In this document: positions 12,431 to 24,002 of the stretch, piece by piece
Layout: each line of letters begins with the position of its first letter
Position numbering within the stretch: position 1 is the stretch's first letter
DNA from: Eledone cirrhosa
Taxonomy: Eukaryota
Assembly (NCBI GenBank): GCA_964016885.1
Contig: OZ024744.1
Coordinates: 32,302,001-32,366,000, forward strand
Reading direction: 5' to 3'
DNA: 64,000 nucleotides
Translations under genes and position numbers: made by a program
The notes under the pieces: model-generated
What the model saw: only the letters and a program-made list of their open reading frames with translations
What the model was told of the DNA's origin: nothing
The model's database searches: none

Positions 12431-13154
12431 TAAACGAAAAAACTGAAACGAAATTTCATTTCTCACTCTTAGTACGGCTGTTACTTAATTATAAGTATGT
12501 ACACGTACATACATATATGTATACAGACGTACAGTAGTATATATGTATATATATACATACACACATATATATATGTACGTATGGATTCACCGAACATTTA
12601 TTATAATGCTCAGTGTGTTTGTAAACAAATATCCCGTATTGAGCCGTAGTGTCTAGCAACCATCGTTGCTCGTTTGTTCAACACTGACAAAGGAACGCTG
12701 TACTAGATTTCGTTTCATTTTTTCCATTTATCGTTTTCGGTGCACCCGGCGGATTAACTTACTCGATATGCAAATTGGGCTACTCAGCCGTTAATATGCA
12801 TAAGTTAAGTATATACTTTCGGACGTTCAACTATCTGGCAGGAAGGTATACGTTACTGACGATAGCTAACAAGCTTGAAACTAGTACAGCGTTCCTTTGC
12901 CAGTGTTGAACAAACGAGCAACATTGGTTGCTAGACACTACGGCTTAATACGGGATGTTTGTTTACAAACACACCGAGCATTATAATAAATGTTTGGTGA
13001 ATCCATACGTACATATATATATGTGTGCATGTATGTATATATATATACATACTACTGTACGTCTGTATACATATATGTATGTACGTGTACATACTTATAT
13101 TTAAGTAACAGCCGTACTAAGAGTGGGAAATGAAACTTCGTTTCATTTTTTCCG

Positions 13155-13158
<4 letters not shown>
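12431..13158. mobile_element. Non-autonomous DNA transposon / fold-back MITE with ~280-bp terminal inverted repeats
   Basis: 12431-~12710 is the reverse complement of ~12877-13158 (e.g. GTGTCTAGCAACC / GGTTGCTAGACAC, CACTCTTAGTACGGCTGTTACTTAA / TTAAGTAACAGCCGTACTAAGAGTG); both ends sit in (TA)n; no transposase ORF. Confidence 0.8.
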
Positions 13159-13202
<44 letters not shown>

Positions 13203-13246
13203 TGTATATATATATATATGTATATATATGTATATATATATATATG

Positions 13247-13296
<50 letters not shown>

Positions 13297-13451
13297 CATC
13301 TATATATATATATATATATACATCTATATATATATATACATCTATATATATATATATACATCTATATATATATATACATATATATATACACATATATATA
13401 TATATATATACATATATACATATATATATATACATATATACATATATATAT

Positions 13452-13498
<47 letters not shown>

Positions 13499-13544
13499 TA
13501 CATATATATATACATATATACATATATTTATATATATACATATA

Positions 13545-13583
<39 letters not shown>

Positions 13584-13620
13584 TCACACACATACACACA
13601 TCTCACACACACACACACAT
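13159..13620. repeat. Long interrupted (TA)n/(TACA)n microsatellite ending in (CA)n
   Basis: Direct reading; source of the spurious YIYI ORFs. Confidence 0.95.
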
Positions 13621-13879
13621 GACACTTCCTAGGCGCAGCTCTATAAGACCAGATATTCGTTTTCTGTAGCAATGCATAGAAGCAGTGAAAGACAGTGAAA
13701 GAATGACGTAATTGTGATATTTCTGTCTCGTTCTGGTATTTTCCATTCTTCCTGGCAGACAATTCGCAGTCACACTTGTCAACAGGCTTTGTCAACATAT
13801 GTCATATATTTTGAATTGACTGAAAAATCTGACATTTGACGTGGAGGAAATACCTTCTTCTATTCAGGTCTTACATGCA

Positions 13880-13928
13880 TACACAGACACAGACAGACCC
13901 ACACATACAGACACAGAAACATACGCAT

Positions 13929-13989
<61 letters not shown>

Positions 13990-14014
13990 CGTACATATCT
14001 ATGTATGTATCTAC

Positions 14015-14055
<41 letters not shown>

Positions 14056-14215
14056 GCCTATAGTATTGTGGCATTAATCTTTATCTAAGCTGTAACAGTT
14101 CTATATATATATATTTGAGCTCGGAGCGTGGAGGGCCATAACTCCCTCTCTATATATATATACATACATATATACATGCATATATGTATGCATATATATA
14201 CATTCATACATATAT

Positions 14216-14305
<90 letters not shown>

Positions 14306-14330
14306 GTATGCATGTATATATATATATATG
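13880..14330. repeat. Cluster of (CA)n and (TA)n microsatellites
   Basis: Direct reading. Confidence 0.85.
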
Positions 14331-14981
14331 ATAATAATGAGCTGCGCGTTGCAAATGGGGTACATATGAAAAAGTAGGTCCTTCATCAGTGACCCTCCAA
14401 CCGTCCCAGGCATTTCATCGCTTTAAGGGTCATATACCTCAGGTTGGTGCGAACAACGGCTAAAAAAAGTCGTTGGGACACGTAAATAAAGGGGACGTTA
14501 GGGTGAACAAACAAAATGGTTTAAGCAACGGAAAGTGAGAAGAAAGAGACAAGTCCCAGATTTCTATGAATATAAACTCGGTGAAATCGTGAACAAGAGA
14601 CAAAAGACCATCAAACCTGGTTGAAATGTGAGCAAGGAAGGAATTTCGCACAGGTCTAACGGGGGGAAGAAGGGGTCTGGTCTACGAATTCGGTAAACAT
14701 AAGTTCTGTGAAGTCGCAGACGAGAGAGAGAGAGAGAGAAAAAAATGTTCATACCGGCTTGACCAAGAACGCGCGAGAAAAGAATTACACACAGGTCAAA
14801 CGGGAAGAAAGAGGAGGAGGAAAGAGGAGGAGGAGGAGGAGGAGGAGAGGTAGTGACAGAGAATGAGTGAGTGAAAGTTGAGGAGGAGGCTAACAGAGAG
14901 AGAGACTGCTAGAAAGGGTAAAGATACAAAGAACGAAATATATATATACACCCTCCACGCTGCGAGCTCAAATTCCGCCTC

Positions 14982-15257
14982 TGCCTTAGCAAAGCTGGAC
15001 TCGAAAGTCATCTTCGCAGTCATAAAGTAAGACCAGTGGTTGACTACCAGGCTGCTGTTGGAGATGCTACTCATCATGCTTGCCAAACAAGTGGTAGAGA
15101 ATGTAAATCAGCAGGAGGGCTCAAGCGACATGCAAAAGTACATGAACTCCAACCACAGCCGACTATTCCGAGTGAATGTTCTGGTTGCCAACTCTGTGCA
15201 AGACATTTTAGATCATTGGCTGGGCTAAAAAGCCACATTCGATCTCAGCACCGTTAA
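14982..15257 (+). pseudogene. C2H2 zinc-finger tail fragment, probably the 3' end of an RTE-clade LINE
   Basis: In frame: CLSKAGLESHLRSH...CQTSGRECKSAGGLKRHAKVH...CQLCARHFRSLAGLKSHIRSQH*. The SxAGLxSH motif and lack of TGEKP linkers fit RTE-type C-terminal fingers; followed by (TG)n. Confidence 0.55.
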
Positions 15258-15265
15258 TTGTTATC

Positions 15266-15269
15266 GTGT

Positions 15270-15365
<96 letters not shown>

Positions 15366-15400
15366 GCGTGTATGTGTGTGTGTGTGTATATATATATATA
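15266..15400. repeat. (TG)n(TA)n microsatellite
   Basis: Direct reading. Confidence 0.95.
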
Positions 15401-16056
15401 TTATTGTTCTTTCAGTCTCAGTCATTGATGCTATTTAACTGGAAAGTTTGTTTGTTGAAATGAATATCAAGCCGCTACCTGTAGCCTCAGGACGTATCGG
15501 AGGGTTCTTGCTGTTCCCAGAAAGCATGCCTTTTGAAGTGTTCCAAAAAGCTGGGTGGGACCCATTTTCTTTAACCATCCCTAGAAACTGTTTGAGATAG
15601 TACTTAGTGCGCCTATGACAATCGGGACCACTTTGACTTCATGGCGGTTCCAAATCCTTTTTACCTCCCACTTTAAGTCCTGGTATCGGTTAATTTTCTC
15701 CCTCTCCTTCTCTTGCACTCTCGTGTCGAATGGGCAGACCACATCCACAATCAGGCACGATCTTTTTTCTTTGTCCAAAAGCAACAGGTCAGGTCTATTG
15801 TGTTCCAGTTTCTTGTCCGTCTGTATCCTAAAATCCCACAGCACCTTCACCTGATCGTTTTCTATCACCGCCTCTGGCTTATGCTCATACCACTTCTCAG
15901 AATGTGGTAAATTGTTTACTTTGCATAGGTGCCAGTGGATCACCCTGCCCATCACATCATGTCTCCAGCCTTTATAGTGAGTCTGGGCTAGGTGTTTACA
16001 CTCGGATACAATGTGAGCCACAGTCTCCTCTCTCTCTCTCTACAGATCCTACACAT
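15401..16056 (-). mobile_element. 5'-truncated R4/Dong-like non-LTR retrotransposon (CCHC + restriction-like endonuclease)
   Basis: Translation CRICREREETVAHIVSEC...RHD...WDFRIQTD...NRPDL...IVDV...EKINRY...VPIVIGAL, continuing past a stop to LQKACFLGTARTLR; the 5' junction abuts degenerate (TAA)n at 16057-16098. Confidence 0.85.
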
Positions 16057-16214
16057 ATTATTATTGTTGTTATTATTATTGTCTTTATTATTATTATTTT
16101 TTTGTGCACTGGCCATAATCGATAACGAGGGGGCAGCCATTATATATATATATATATACATATATGTATGTATGTATGTTTGTATCTATGTATATATGTA
16201 TGTATACATATATA

Positions 16215-16249
<35 letters not shown>

Positions 16250-16414
16250 TTGTTATACTTTGGGAGGGTCATGTTGCCAATAAGAAACACACGCACCAGT
16301 TGCTTTCACTTCAATTTATTATATATTTATAAATTTATAAATTTACAAATTTACAAACTTATAAATTTCTGGTTGGTTGGTTGGTTCCACAACCAGATAG
16401 TTGTTTATATATAT

Positions 16415-16459
16415 AGTCATAGTCCTTTCGTCACACACTCTGTGACCTCTTCAGTGACT
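16415..16459 (-). ncRNA. Minimal type I hammerhead ribozyme
   Basis: Minus strand AGUCA-CUGAAGA-G-GUCACA(GAGUG)UGUGAC-GAAA-GGAC-UA/UGACU: complete catalytic core, 5-bp stem I, 6-bp stem II, minimal stem III. Confidence 0.8.
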
Positions 16460-16744
16460 GGGGATTCCTTTCTTCGTTTCTGTGCCTTTCCTTTCTTCTA
16501 TCCTACGCCATTTTGTTTCTGTGTGTGTGTTGTGTGCTCAGTTTGCGCATGAGCCACATCCGGGTGTCTGTGTGTGTTTGTGTTCATTTTTCTATTTGTT
16601 TATTTATTTATTTATTTATTGTTGGTTGGTTGTTTGTTCTATGTGTGCATGTGTTTTCATTTTGTCCTGTGTGTGTTTTCATTTTGTGTGTATTTTCAAT
16701 CGTAAGTTGTTTGTTCTATGTGTGTGTGTGTTTTCATTTTGTCC

Positions 16745-17122
16745 TTAATTGTAAGTTGTGATGTTGCTGTTCCACTCATATTTTCTATTTAATTTTGGTT
16801 TTAATTCTTTTATGCTTACTGCCTCTGTAATTTGCCTAAACATTGCGTCTTTTCTGTGTGTGGATTCTATTTTTATTTCTATGCTCTCTAATCTACCCCT
16901 GTGTTCTATCTTAGCATGTTGGTAGAGCACAGATGATTCTTTATTATCTTGGAGGTCTCGCCAGTGTTCATTTATTCGTTCCCCTATACTACGAGCTGTC
17001 TCACCTATGTACACTATATTTTTGTTTCTACATTGTCCTTCAGTACATCTTATGCTATACACTACATTTCTAGTTTTACAGTTAATATGGGGGCTTATTT
17101 TACAGGTTATACATTTCTTATC
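16745..17122 (-). pseudogene. GIY-YIG endonuclease domain of the Penelope-like element
   Basis: VVY...YIGET..S...R..EH and LN motifs; extends upstream of the called ORF 16745..17062. Confidence 0.87.
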
Positions 17123-17134
17123 TATATTTATATA

Positions 17135-17164
<30 letters not shown>

Positions 17165-17167
<3 letters not shown>

Positions 17168-17262
17168 ATAATTGTTTCTACTTTTGGCACAAGGCCACCA
17201 AGTATCCAGTGTATTACTGGTACTTTATTTTATCGACCCTATAAGGATGAAAGGCAGAGTTA
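17165..17262 (-). mobile_element. SINE family 2, 3' fragment
   Basis: Reverse complement GCCTTTCATCCTTATAGGGTCGATAAAATAAAGTACCAG...GGCCTTGTGCCAAAAGTAGAAACAATTATT matches the copy at 33778. Confidence 0.75.
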
Positions 17263-17446
17263 ATAATATTGTGTGCGTATCGCTGTATAATGACATAATG
17301 ACGTAAGGGGAGATAGGATGTAAAAAAAAATATGAAGAGATTTTTCATTTTATTTATTTATTTTTTTATTGTCAAGGCGTGAAACTCTGCGGCATGACTT
17401 TCCTGGAAAGTGATCGGACAATGGAGTACTGTGATGAACAAAATAT

Positions 17447-17580
<134 letters not shown>

Positions 17581-17719
17581 TGTGTATATCAAAGAATATA
17601 TCAACGGGGAAACTCTTTTAAACTTCTACATGCTTGTGTTCGTACAGTCACTTACTGAAAGCCACACAAACACAAGAATTCAAGACCACAAAACAAAAAG
17701 CAAAAGTCAAATGAAATAT

Positions 17720-17726
17720 ATAGATG

Positions 17727-17792
<66 letters not shown>

Positions 17793-17908
17793 TACATTTC
17801 TTTTAATTTTTTATAAATTTCAGACAGATAGAAAGCTAACTAGCTAACTAACTAGATAGGTAAACAGACAAACAGATAGACAGATAGGCAGATAGATAGA
17901 TAGATAGA
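17720..17908. repeat. (GA)n and degenerate (GATA/GACA)n microsatellites adjoining the copy C 3' end
   Basis: Direct reading; pure GATAGATAGATAGATAGA at 17891-17908. Confidence 0.85.
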
Positions 17909-18123
17909 TTTCTTTATTTACCATAAAGGCATAAAAAGAAGGGACAAATACAAAGGGGGAGTTTACATATAATCGAGTAAAAAGGGTGTAACATGAAAAT
18001 AATCGAAAATAACCTCAAAAGGGAGGGGACGTGATGGGGGTTGCACACACCCCCGAAAAAGTGTGCAATCCTTTGCCCGGGGAGCACATGGAGAAGGTGC
18101 TCCCCTCTCCTTTACTTCTTTAC

Positions 18124-21100
18124 CTACAGGATGGTATACAGAGAAGGCCCATTTACACGAGCCATTCTCGCCACTATCACCCACCTTTCATAAAACTGCC
18201 TGTGGCCAAGCACCTCTCTCTCCATTCTTATCCTTCTTCCGAAGTGATATCGGAAGAAGTAGACCAGAGTATGGCCAGAGAGGAAGTTGCCTGACCTCAG
18301 ACCTTTCAATCGTGTCGACCACACAACCTCTTTCAACATGGCTATTACGCACAGAAAAACCGCCTTTGCTTCCTTTGTGAAGAGGGGAGGCGGTTTGATT
18401 GTCATCACGGACTCGGCGGTCAATTTAATCGGCGCCACCCCGACAGCAGTCGTTCGGCGTAGCCACACAGATCAGCCACGTCCGGACATTGCACCAATGC
18501 GTGCGCAACGGTTTCTTCGTGACGCACGCATCTGGGGCAAATCTTTTTTGAGGGATCCCTGCCCGGGTGCCCGTGTCTGTAGAGCCTCTCTCCAACGGGT
18601 AGAGCCCCCCGGTAGCACTGCCAGGCCAGTGACTTCTGGAAGTTGTCCATTGGTCCTGGGCCGAAAGTCCTACCGAACAGGCTGGCCAGTTCGTCTTCCT
18701 CCATGTCTAGCGACTCTCCAACTGTGTCATCGCCCCTGCTAGCCACCAGCCCTCTATAGAATGATGAGGTGGATTCTCCACCGATGGCCTGGCCCGCTTG
18801 CCAGAGAGCCCTGAGCGCCTGAGCACACTCAGTGTGCCAGTCTCCCAGTTTTCCGGATCTTTGCTTGACCCAGGACTGTAGCTCGGTGAGCGAGACGAGT
18901 CTCGGAAAGGCTCGTTTCACGAACGGAGCCCACACCGGTTGACCAGTGAGGAATACCTGTAGGTGCCGTAGCCTTAATGCGTGCCTACGCATCATCAACG
19001 ACGGCATCCCCAGCCCTCCTTTCGAAGGTTGTTGGCAGCAGATGGATCTTCTCACCATAGGAGGGCGCTTCTTCCAAAGAAATTGGAAGAGCATGCGTTC
19101 CATGGTGGTGAGTGTTTCCTTAGGGCAAGGCACGACAGTCAGACGGTAGTAAGTGACGGACGCTATGTAAATGTTCGCCACCTCCGCCCGGCCTTTTAGG
19201 GACAGCTTACACTTGGCCCATTTCTGAGTTAGTGCAAACACATTGTTCGTAACCTCGTTCCAGTTCTTTTCCACCTGGAGGTCCGGTCCAAACCAGACCC
19301 CAAGCATCTTTACCGGGCCATCCGTCCAGTGTCCGACGACACCGTCAGGAGGCATCGGTCTGCCTCTCCACGTTCCGAGTTGCAGCCCGATGGATTTTTC
19401 CCGGTTCAGTTTCGCTCCTGATAACCTTTCGTACTCCTCCAGTAAGGTACCGATCGCCTCCATCTCCGAGTCGGTCGATACCATTACTGTTACATCATCG
19501 GCGTAGGCCGACACCGCTTTGCTCAATCCTGGTTCCAGGGGGATACCCTGCAACAACTCCAACTTCCTCAGTAAAGGATCGAGAGTCAATACGTACAGAA
19601 GGGAGGAGAGAGGGCACCCCTGTCGAATGGATCGTGTGATTTCGAACGGCTTCGAAAGGTAGCCGTTCACCTTGATCCTAGAACAGATGTGGTTGCTATG
19701 TAAGGCAGTGATCCAGCCTCTGAAAACAGGACCGAACCCAGCCGCCGCTAGCACCGCATCCAGGTAACCATGGTCGACCCTATCGAAGGCCTTAGACTGA
19801 TCCAAGTTGATCAGGGCCCCACCGAAGCCGGGTTTGTTGCCAACCCTCTCTATGATGTATCGCATGAGGTGGAGGTTATCGTGAATGGACCTGGATGGGA
19901 TAGCACATGTCTGCGCATCTCCCACCAGACCACCCACGACAAGCGCCAACCTCTTTGCTAACACCTTGGCCAAAATCTTTAACTCTGTGTTTAGCAGGGT
20001 TATGGGCCGAAAATTATTTATACTATCCCCCTTGTTCTCGTCCTTCCTCACAGCGTGACTACGCCCTTGGCTACAGAAGAAGGAATTCTCCCGTTCTGCT
20101 GCCAATTGCAGTAGACCGCTTCGAGGAGTTCGGAGAAGAAGACCGGCATTGCTAAATAAAGTTCGTAAGGTATACCATCGAGACCTGGAGATTTGCGTCT
20201 GCTGCATTGGCTCAGCGCATCTCCGATCTCATCAGCCGAGATTGGTCCCTCGCAGGACTCTGCCTCTTCGCTCGAGAGACGCGGCAGGCCATCGAGGTAT
20301 GGACCGAAATCCACGCCCCCGCCCGGACCCTCGCCTCCCCCGAACAATCGGGCAAAGTGCCTTTGAAAGGCCTCGCACATCTGCTTAGGCTCCCGGATCA
20401 CCCGTCCATCTTCGTCTTGCAACGACCGGATGGTGGATCGATTTCCACTCTTAGCTTCTGTCACGCGGGCCCATCCAACGGCGTTGGCCCCCTCATTACC
20501 TAGAGCACGTATTTTACTTCGAATGACGCAGCCTTCGTGCTTTGCATCGAAAAACTGGTTCAAGGCCGTCCTCGATGCCAGCACTCTGGCCACATCTTCG
20601 CTCTTGATTGCCTCTTCTAATTTACCTGTTAATTCTTTCTCGTTTCTATTCCTATCGGCAGCTAACATCTTGCTATAACTTATTGATTCTGTTCTAATCT
20701 CTCTTTTGAGAGATGCCCACCATCGGTTGTTGACGATTGCACCCGTCAACCTCTCCTTAACTAATCTGCTAATCCGGTTTCTGTAAGTCTCTTTTGCCGG
20801 TAAAGACAAATTAAGTTTCCAGTAACCGGGACCCTGTCTATGTGTTTTCTCGAGATTGACCACGCAGGTCACTAATTTGTGATCCGTGTAGCCAACCGTG
20901 CGCATTTCTGGACAGCTTAATATGTCCCTATCCTTACTTCTAACTAGGAATCTATCTAAGTACGATCTAGATTGACCACTGTGGTTTCTCCAAGTCCAGG
21001 TAGGCACAGTTGGAAAATCTAGTCGATATCTATCGACCAAGTTAAAACGGTCGAGTAACCCCTTGAGACTGTTACACCCCCCTCTATTAGGACATGCTCC

Positions 21101-21559
21101 TGCATAGTCCCAACGTGCATCCAGGATGTCATTCCAATCCCCCGCTAGAAGCAGGGAACGCGACGTTCCCAGAAAAGTCTCCAAACGCTGGAAGAAGTCG
21201 GGCCGTTCAGCTCCGAAAGGGGAGTAGACGGCGACCAGTCTCAAGGCCGCACTTTCACTACTGCCAACCTTTAGCACCAACAAACGACCCTCCGGGTCCG
21301 AGTGCACATCCTGTACGGCAAGACCCAGGTGTTTTTGCAGCAGTACGACAACCCCACCCCCACCTCCAGGTTGACAGAGAGATGCATGCACCTCAAAGTC
21401 ATCGAAGGTGGGGGCCAGCTGCCGCACGACGCTGATTCGAGTCTCACAGATAACCATTACATTTATACTACATGACCTGAGGTCATTTAGAAGCTTTGCT
21501 TGCTTCCAAGTTGAGCCCAGGCCACGTGCATTCAAACATCCTACTCTTAACACATCCAT
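18124..21559 (-). pseudogene. LINE ORF2, copy C (frameshifts near 20050 and 18437)
   Basis: MDVLRVGCLNARG...GYTDH...YADD...CPRC across ORFs 20048..21559, 18420..20207 and 18124..18468. Confidence 0.92.
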
Positions 21560-21592
21560 GTGGGCGGCAGAGCCAAAGGAGAGTGTAGAGAC

Positions 21593-23468
21593 CTACCTTT
21601 CCGCTTCCCGGGGTTCGGGTTGCACGACTTCCATGGGGTCGGGGGTGTTGGGTGAAGGGGTGTCTTGTGGTGGTGTGGGGTCGTCAGTGTGTGGTGGGGT
21701 TGGGGAGTTTGGAGTTGTGTTGGGGAGGGGAAGGGGAGGGGAAAAGCTTTTTAGTAGGACGCGGTTTATGGGTTTGACAGAGGGTGGTCCTACGTCCTCC
21801 TTAAAATCCTTTTTTAGTCTTTGGTAGAGGTTCATTGGGATCTTTATTAATTTTAAATGTGGGTAGTTTTCTGACGAAACAAAGTTTACACCTTCGGTTT
21901 GTACCGAAGGATTATTGTATATGAGTTCATTTAATTTATTATTGTTTCTGTTGATGTAAGTATAGTGTAATGTCTTTTTTTCGGATGGTGTGAGTGTTTC
22001 GAAGAGGGGAGGGGCAGGTTTGGTTTTGTTTGTTGCTGGAGGGGTGTTTCCCGTTTTGTTGGATTGTGTTGAGATTTGGGTGGGGGTTGTTTGGCCTTGT
22101 GTGTTTTGCACATGTTTTCTTTTTTTCCTTTTAATCTGTCTGAAGGACTCCGTTTCTTCCTCCGAATTCGTTGGGTTATCTTCAGTGTTGGAGGGAAGAG
22201 GTATGTTTGCTGGTAATGTTTCCGTGTTGGTTTTCTTTGTGGGGGAGATGGATGTCACTATGTTAGACTGTGTTGTGTGTTGTGTCTGCGGTGGTTGTGT
22301 TATTTTATTGAGTGAGAGGTTGGGTGGGCCTGTATTTTGTTTTGGGGTAATGTGTTGTGGTGGTGTTGTGGTTTTACTGAGGGACGGGTTGGGTGGGACT
22401 GAGTTTTGTTGTTTGTTTATCTGTTGTGGTGGTGGTGGTGGAGCTGGTGTTGGTAGCAGGGTTTTCTTTTTGTTGAGTTGGGGACAAGCGGCCTTCAGGT
22501 GCCCTCTGCTTGCACAGATATGGCAGGACGGCCTTCTCCCCTCCACGCTAATGTTTATATACCCGTGGTCCTCTAATAGGATTCTGTCGGGTATTTGGGC
22601 GATGCATTCAGGCTTCATTTGCACTACCAGCTCTATACCTGTTCCACTGAACGCATTGCCTGTGGTTTTCCCAATGGAAATCACGTTGTCATTCACTGGA
22701 TCGATGAAGACAGCTATGAGCCAGCAGTAGTCCACATCTGGCATCATTGCATCCAGCCATATGCGTTGAGTTCTTTTCCCCATATAAGATGGATAAAAGG
22801 TGAAATTTTTCGAACGAATCGGTGACGAAGCACATTTTTTTGCCGCCGATTCGTTCTTCATGATAATTGCTAGGCTTCCATACAGTCTGTATTTTCTTAT
22901 GAAAGTGGTTTCATTAAGTACTTCTGTGAGTACTGTTTTGATATCTGCTTGAGAAGGCTGTTCAGGTTTTTTTGTACTGTTGTTGATGGTCCGAAACTTG
23001 ACCGTTCGGCTTTCAATGTCTTTCGTGAATTCTTGAGGCATTTTTACCGATAAAATACCATTCTCTCCTTCACTTATGTATTGTTTGGCGTCTGTGATCC
23101 TTCGTGCCACATCTGAAATATTTTCCGCTATATAAGTCAAAGATTTCTTTGTTTTCTGTGCAAATGAAATCTTGTCGTCTGCTTTGCTTTCTGATATGGT
23201 GTTATTTTCAAATGTTATTTTTGTGTTTGTTGTGTCTTTGTTTGTGTTATTAGTATTGTCATGCAAATTTTTTTTTTTCGTTGTTGGAATCCATGTCCAG
23301 ATTTGTGTTTTCGTCATTTTTTTTCTCCGCAGATTCGTCTGTTTTTATTTTAATTTTTCCTTCCTTCTCTATGACGTTAGTTGGGAAGGAAGGGGGGACT
23401 AAAGCGTGCGAGCTTACAACTCTTACCGCTGTCCCCCCACCACTATTTTCGTTCGCTGCGTTTAACAT
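21593..23468 (-). pseudogene. LINE ORF1, copy C (probable frameshift in the A-run near 23270)
   Basis: 574-aa ORF 21593..23317 plus the upstream ATG ORF 23259..23468 in another frame. Confidence 0.8.
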
Positions 23469-23606
23469 TTCTGTTAGACGATTGAAATTTTTTACACAGA
23501 ATTTTTTAAAACAGGTTTTTCACCTCTAGGAGGGGTAAAGATGAGCTGACCCACCGCCTGACAGTTCAGACGGAGGGTCAAGCTACACAATTGTATCAAA
23601 ATTAAG

Positions 23607-23669
23607 TTTGAACTCACAAAATTTCCTCAATAAATTTGAACTCACAAAATTTCTTCAATAAATTTGAAC
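23607..23669. repeat. 28-bp tandem duplication in the copy C 5' UTR
   Basis: TTTGAACTCACAAAATTTCYTCAATAAA x2.25. Confidence 0.85.
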
Positions 23670-24002
23670 AAAACTTCTGTGCGAAGTGAATGACATCCAC
23701 ACTGTAGAACAGACGACAGCTAGATTATGGAGATAGATATGTTTCTTTTATTTGCCACTAGGGCATCAAAAGTGGGACAAGTACAAAGGGGGGAGTTTAC
23801 ACAAAAAGGCGTCCTCAATAAGGAGGAGGCAATAACAAAATATAAAAATAAAATAAGATATAACAAAAAATAAAATTTATGACAAAATCCTCAATAGAGA
23901 GGAGGCGCCTTGGGGGGTCGCACACACCCCCGAAAAAAGTGTGCAACTCTTCTCCTCAGGAGCACAGAGAAGGGTGCTCCCTTGGTCTTTCATCTTCCTC
24001 AC

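Larger units (their letters stand above)
16250..17122 (-). mobile_element. 5'-truncated Penelope-like element (GIY-YIG endonuclease C-terminus + 3' UTR)
   Basis: CITCKISPHINCKTRNVVYSIRCTEGQCRNKNIVYIGETARSIGERINEH...QH...EAVSIKELKPKLN; hammerhead motif downstream; both ends in (TA)n. Confidence 0.87.
17908..23725 (-). mobile_element. L1/Tx1-clade LINE, copy C (second subfamily)
   Basis: ORF1 with CHICASRGHLKAAC; ORF2 APE-RT-zinc finger; homologous 3' UTR; ORF1 N-terminus and 5' UTR strongly diverged from A/B. Confidence 0.93.

Noticed and set aside
13052-14413. YIYI/THTH/CVCV ORFs here and at 545-787, 15266, 17358-17658, 29857-31282 and 33347-33644
   Set aside because: Translations of dinucleotide microsatellites.
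14375-14440. Possible hammerhead on the minus strand (TGACCCT...AGGGTCA stem followed by CTGATGA)
   Set aside because: No GAAA box or stem III in the required position; at best a decayed remnant.
14982-15257. Host C2H2 zinc-finger gene exon
   Set aside because: No TGEKP linkers or clear splice context; lies between a SINE scrap and (TG)n, and better matches an RTE LINE tail.
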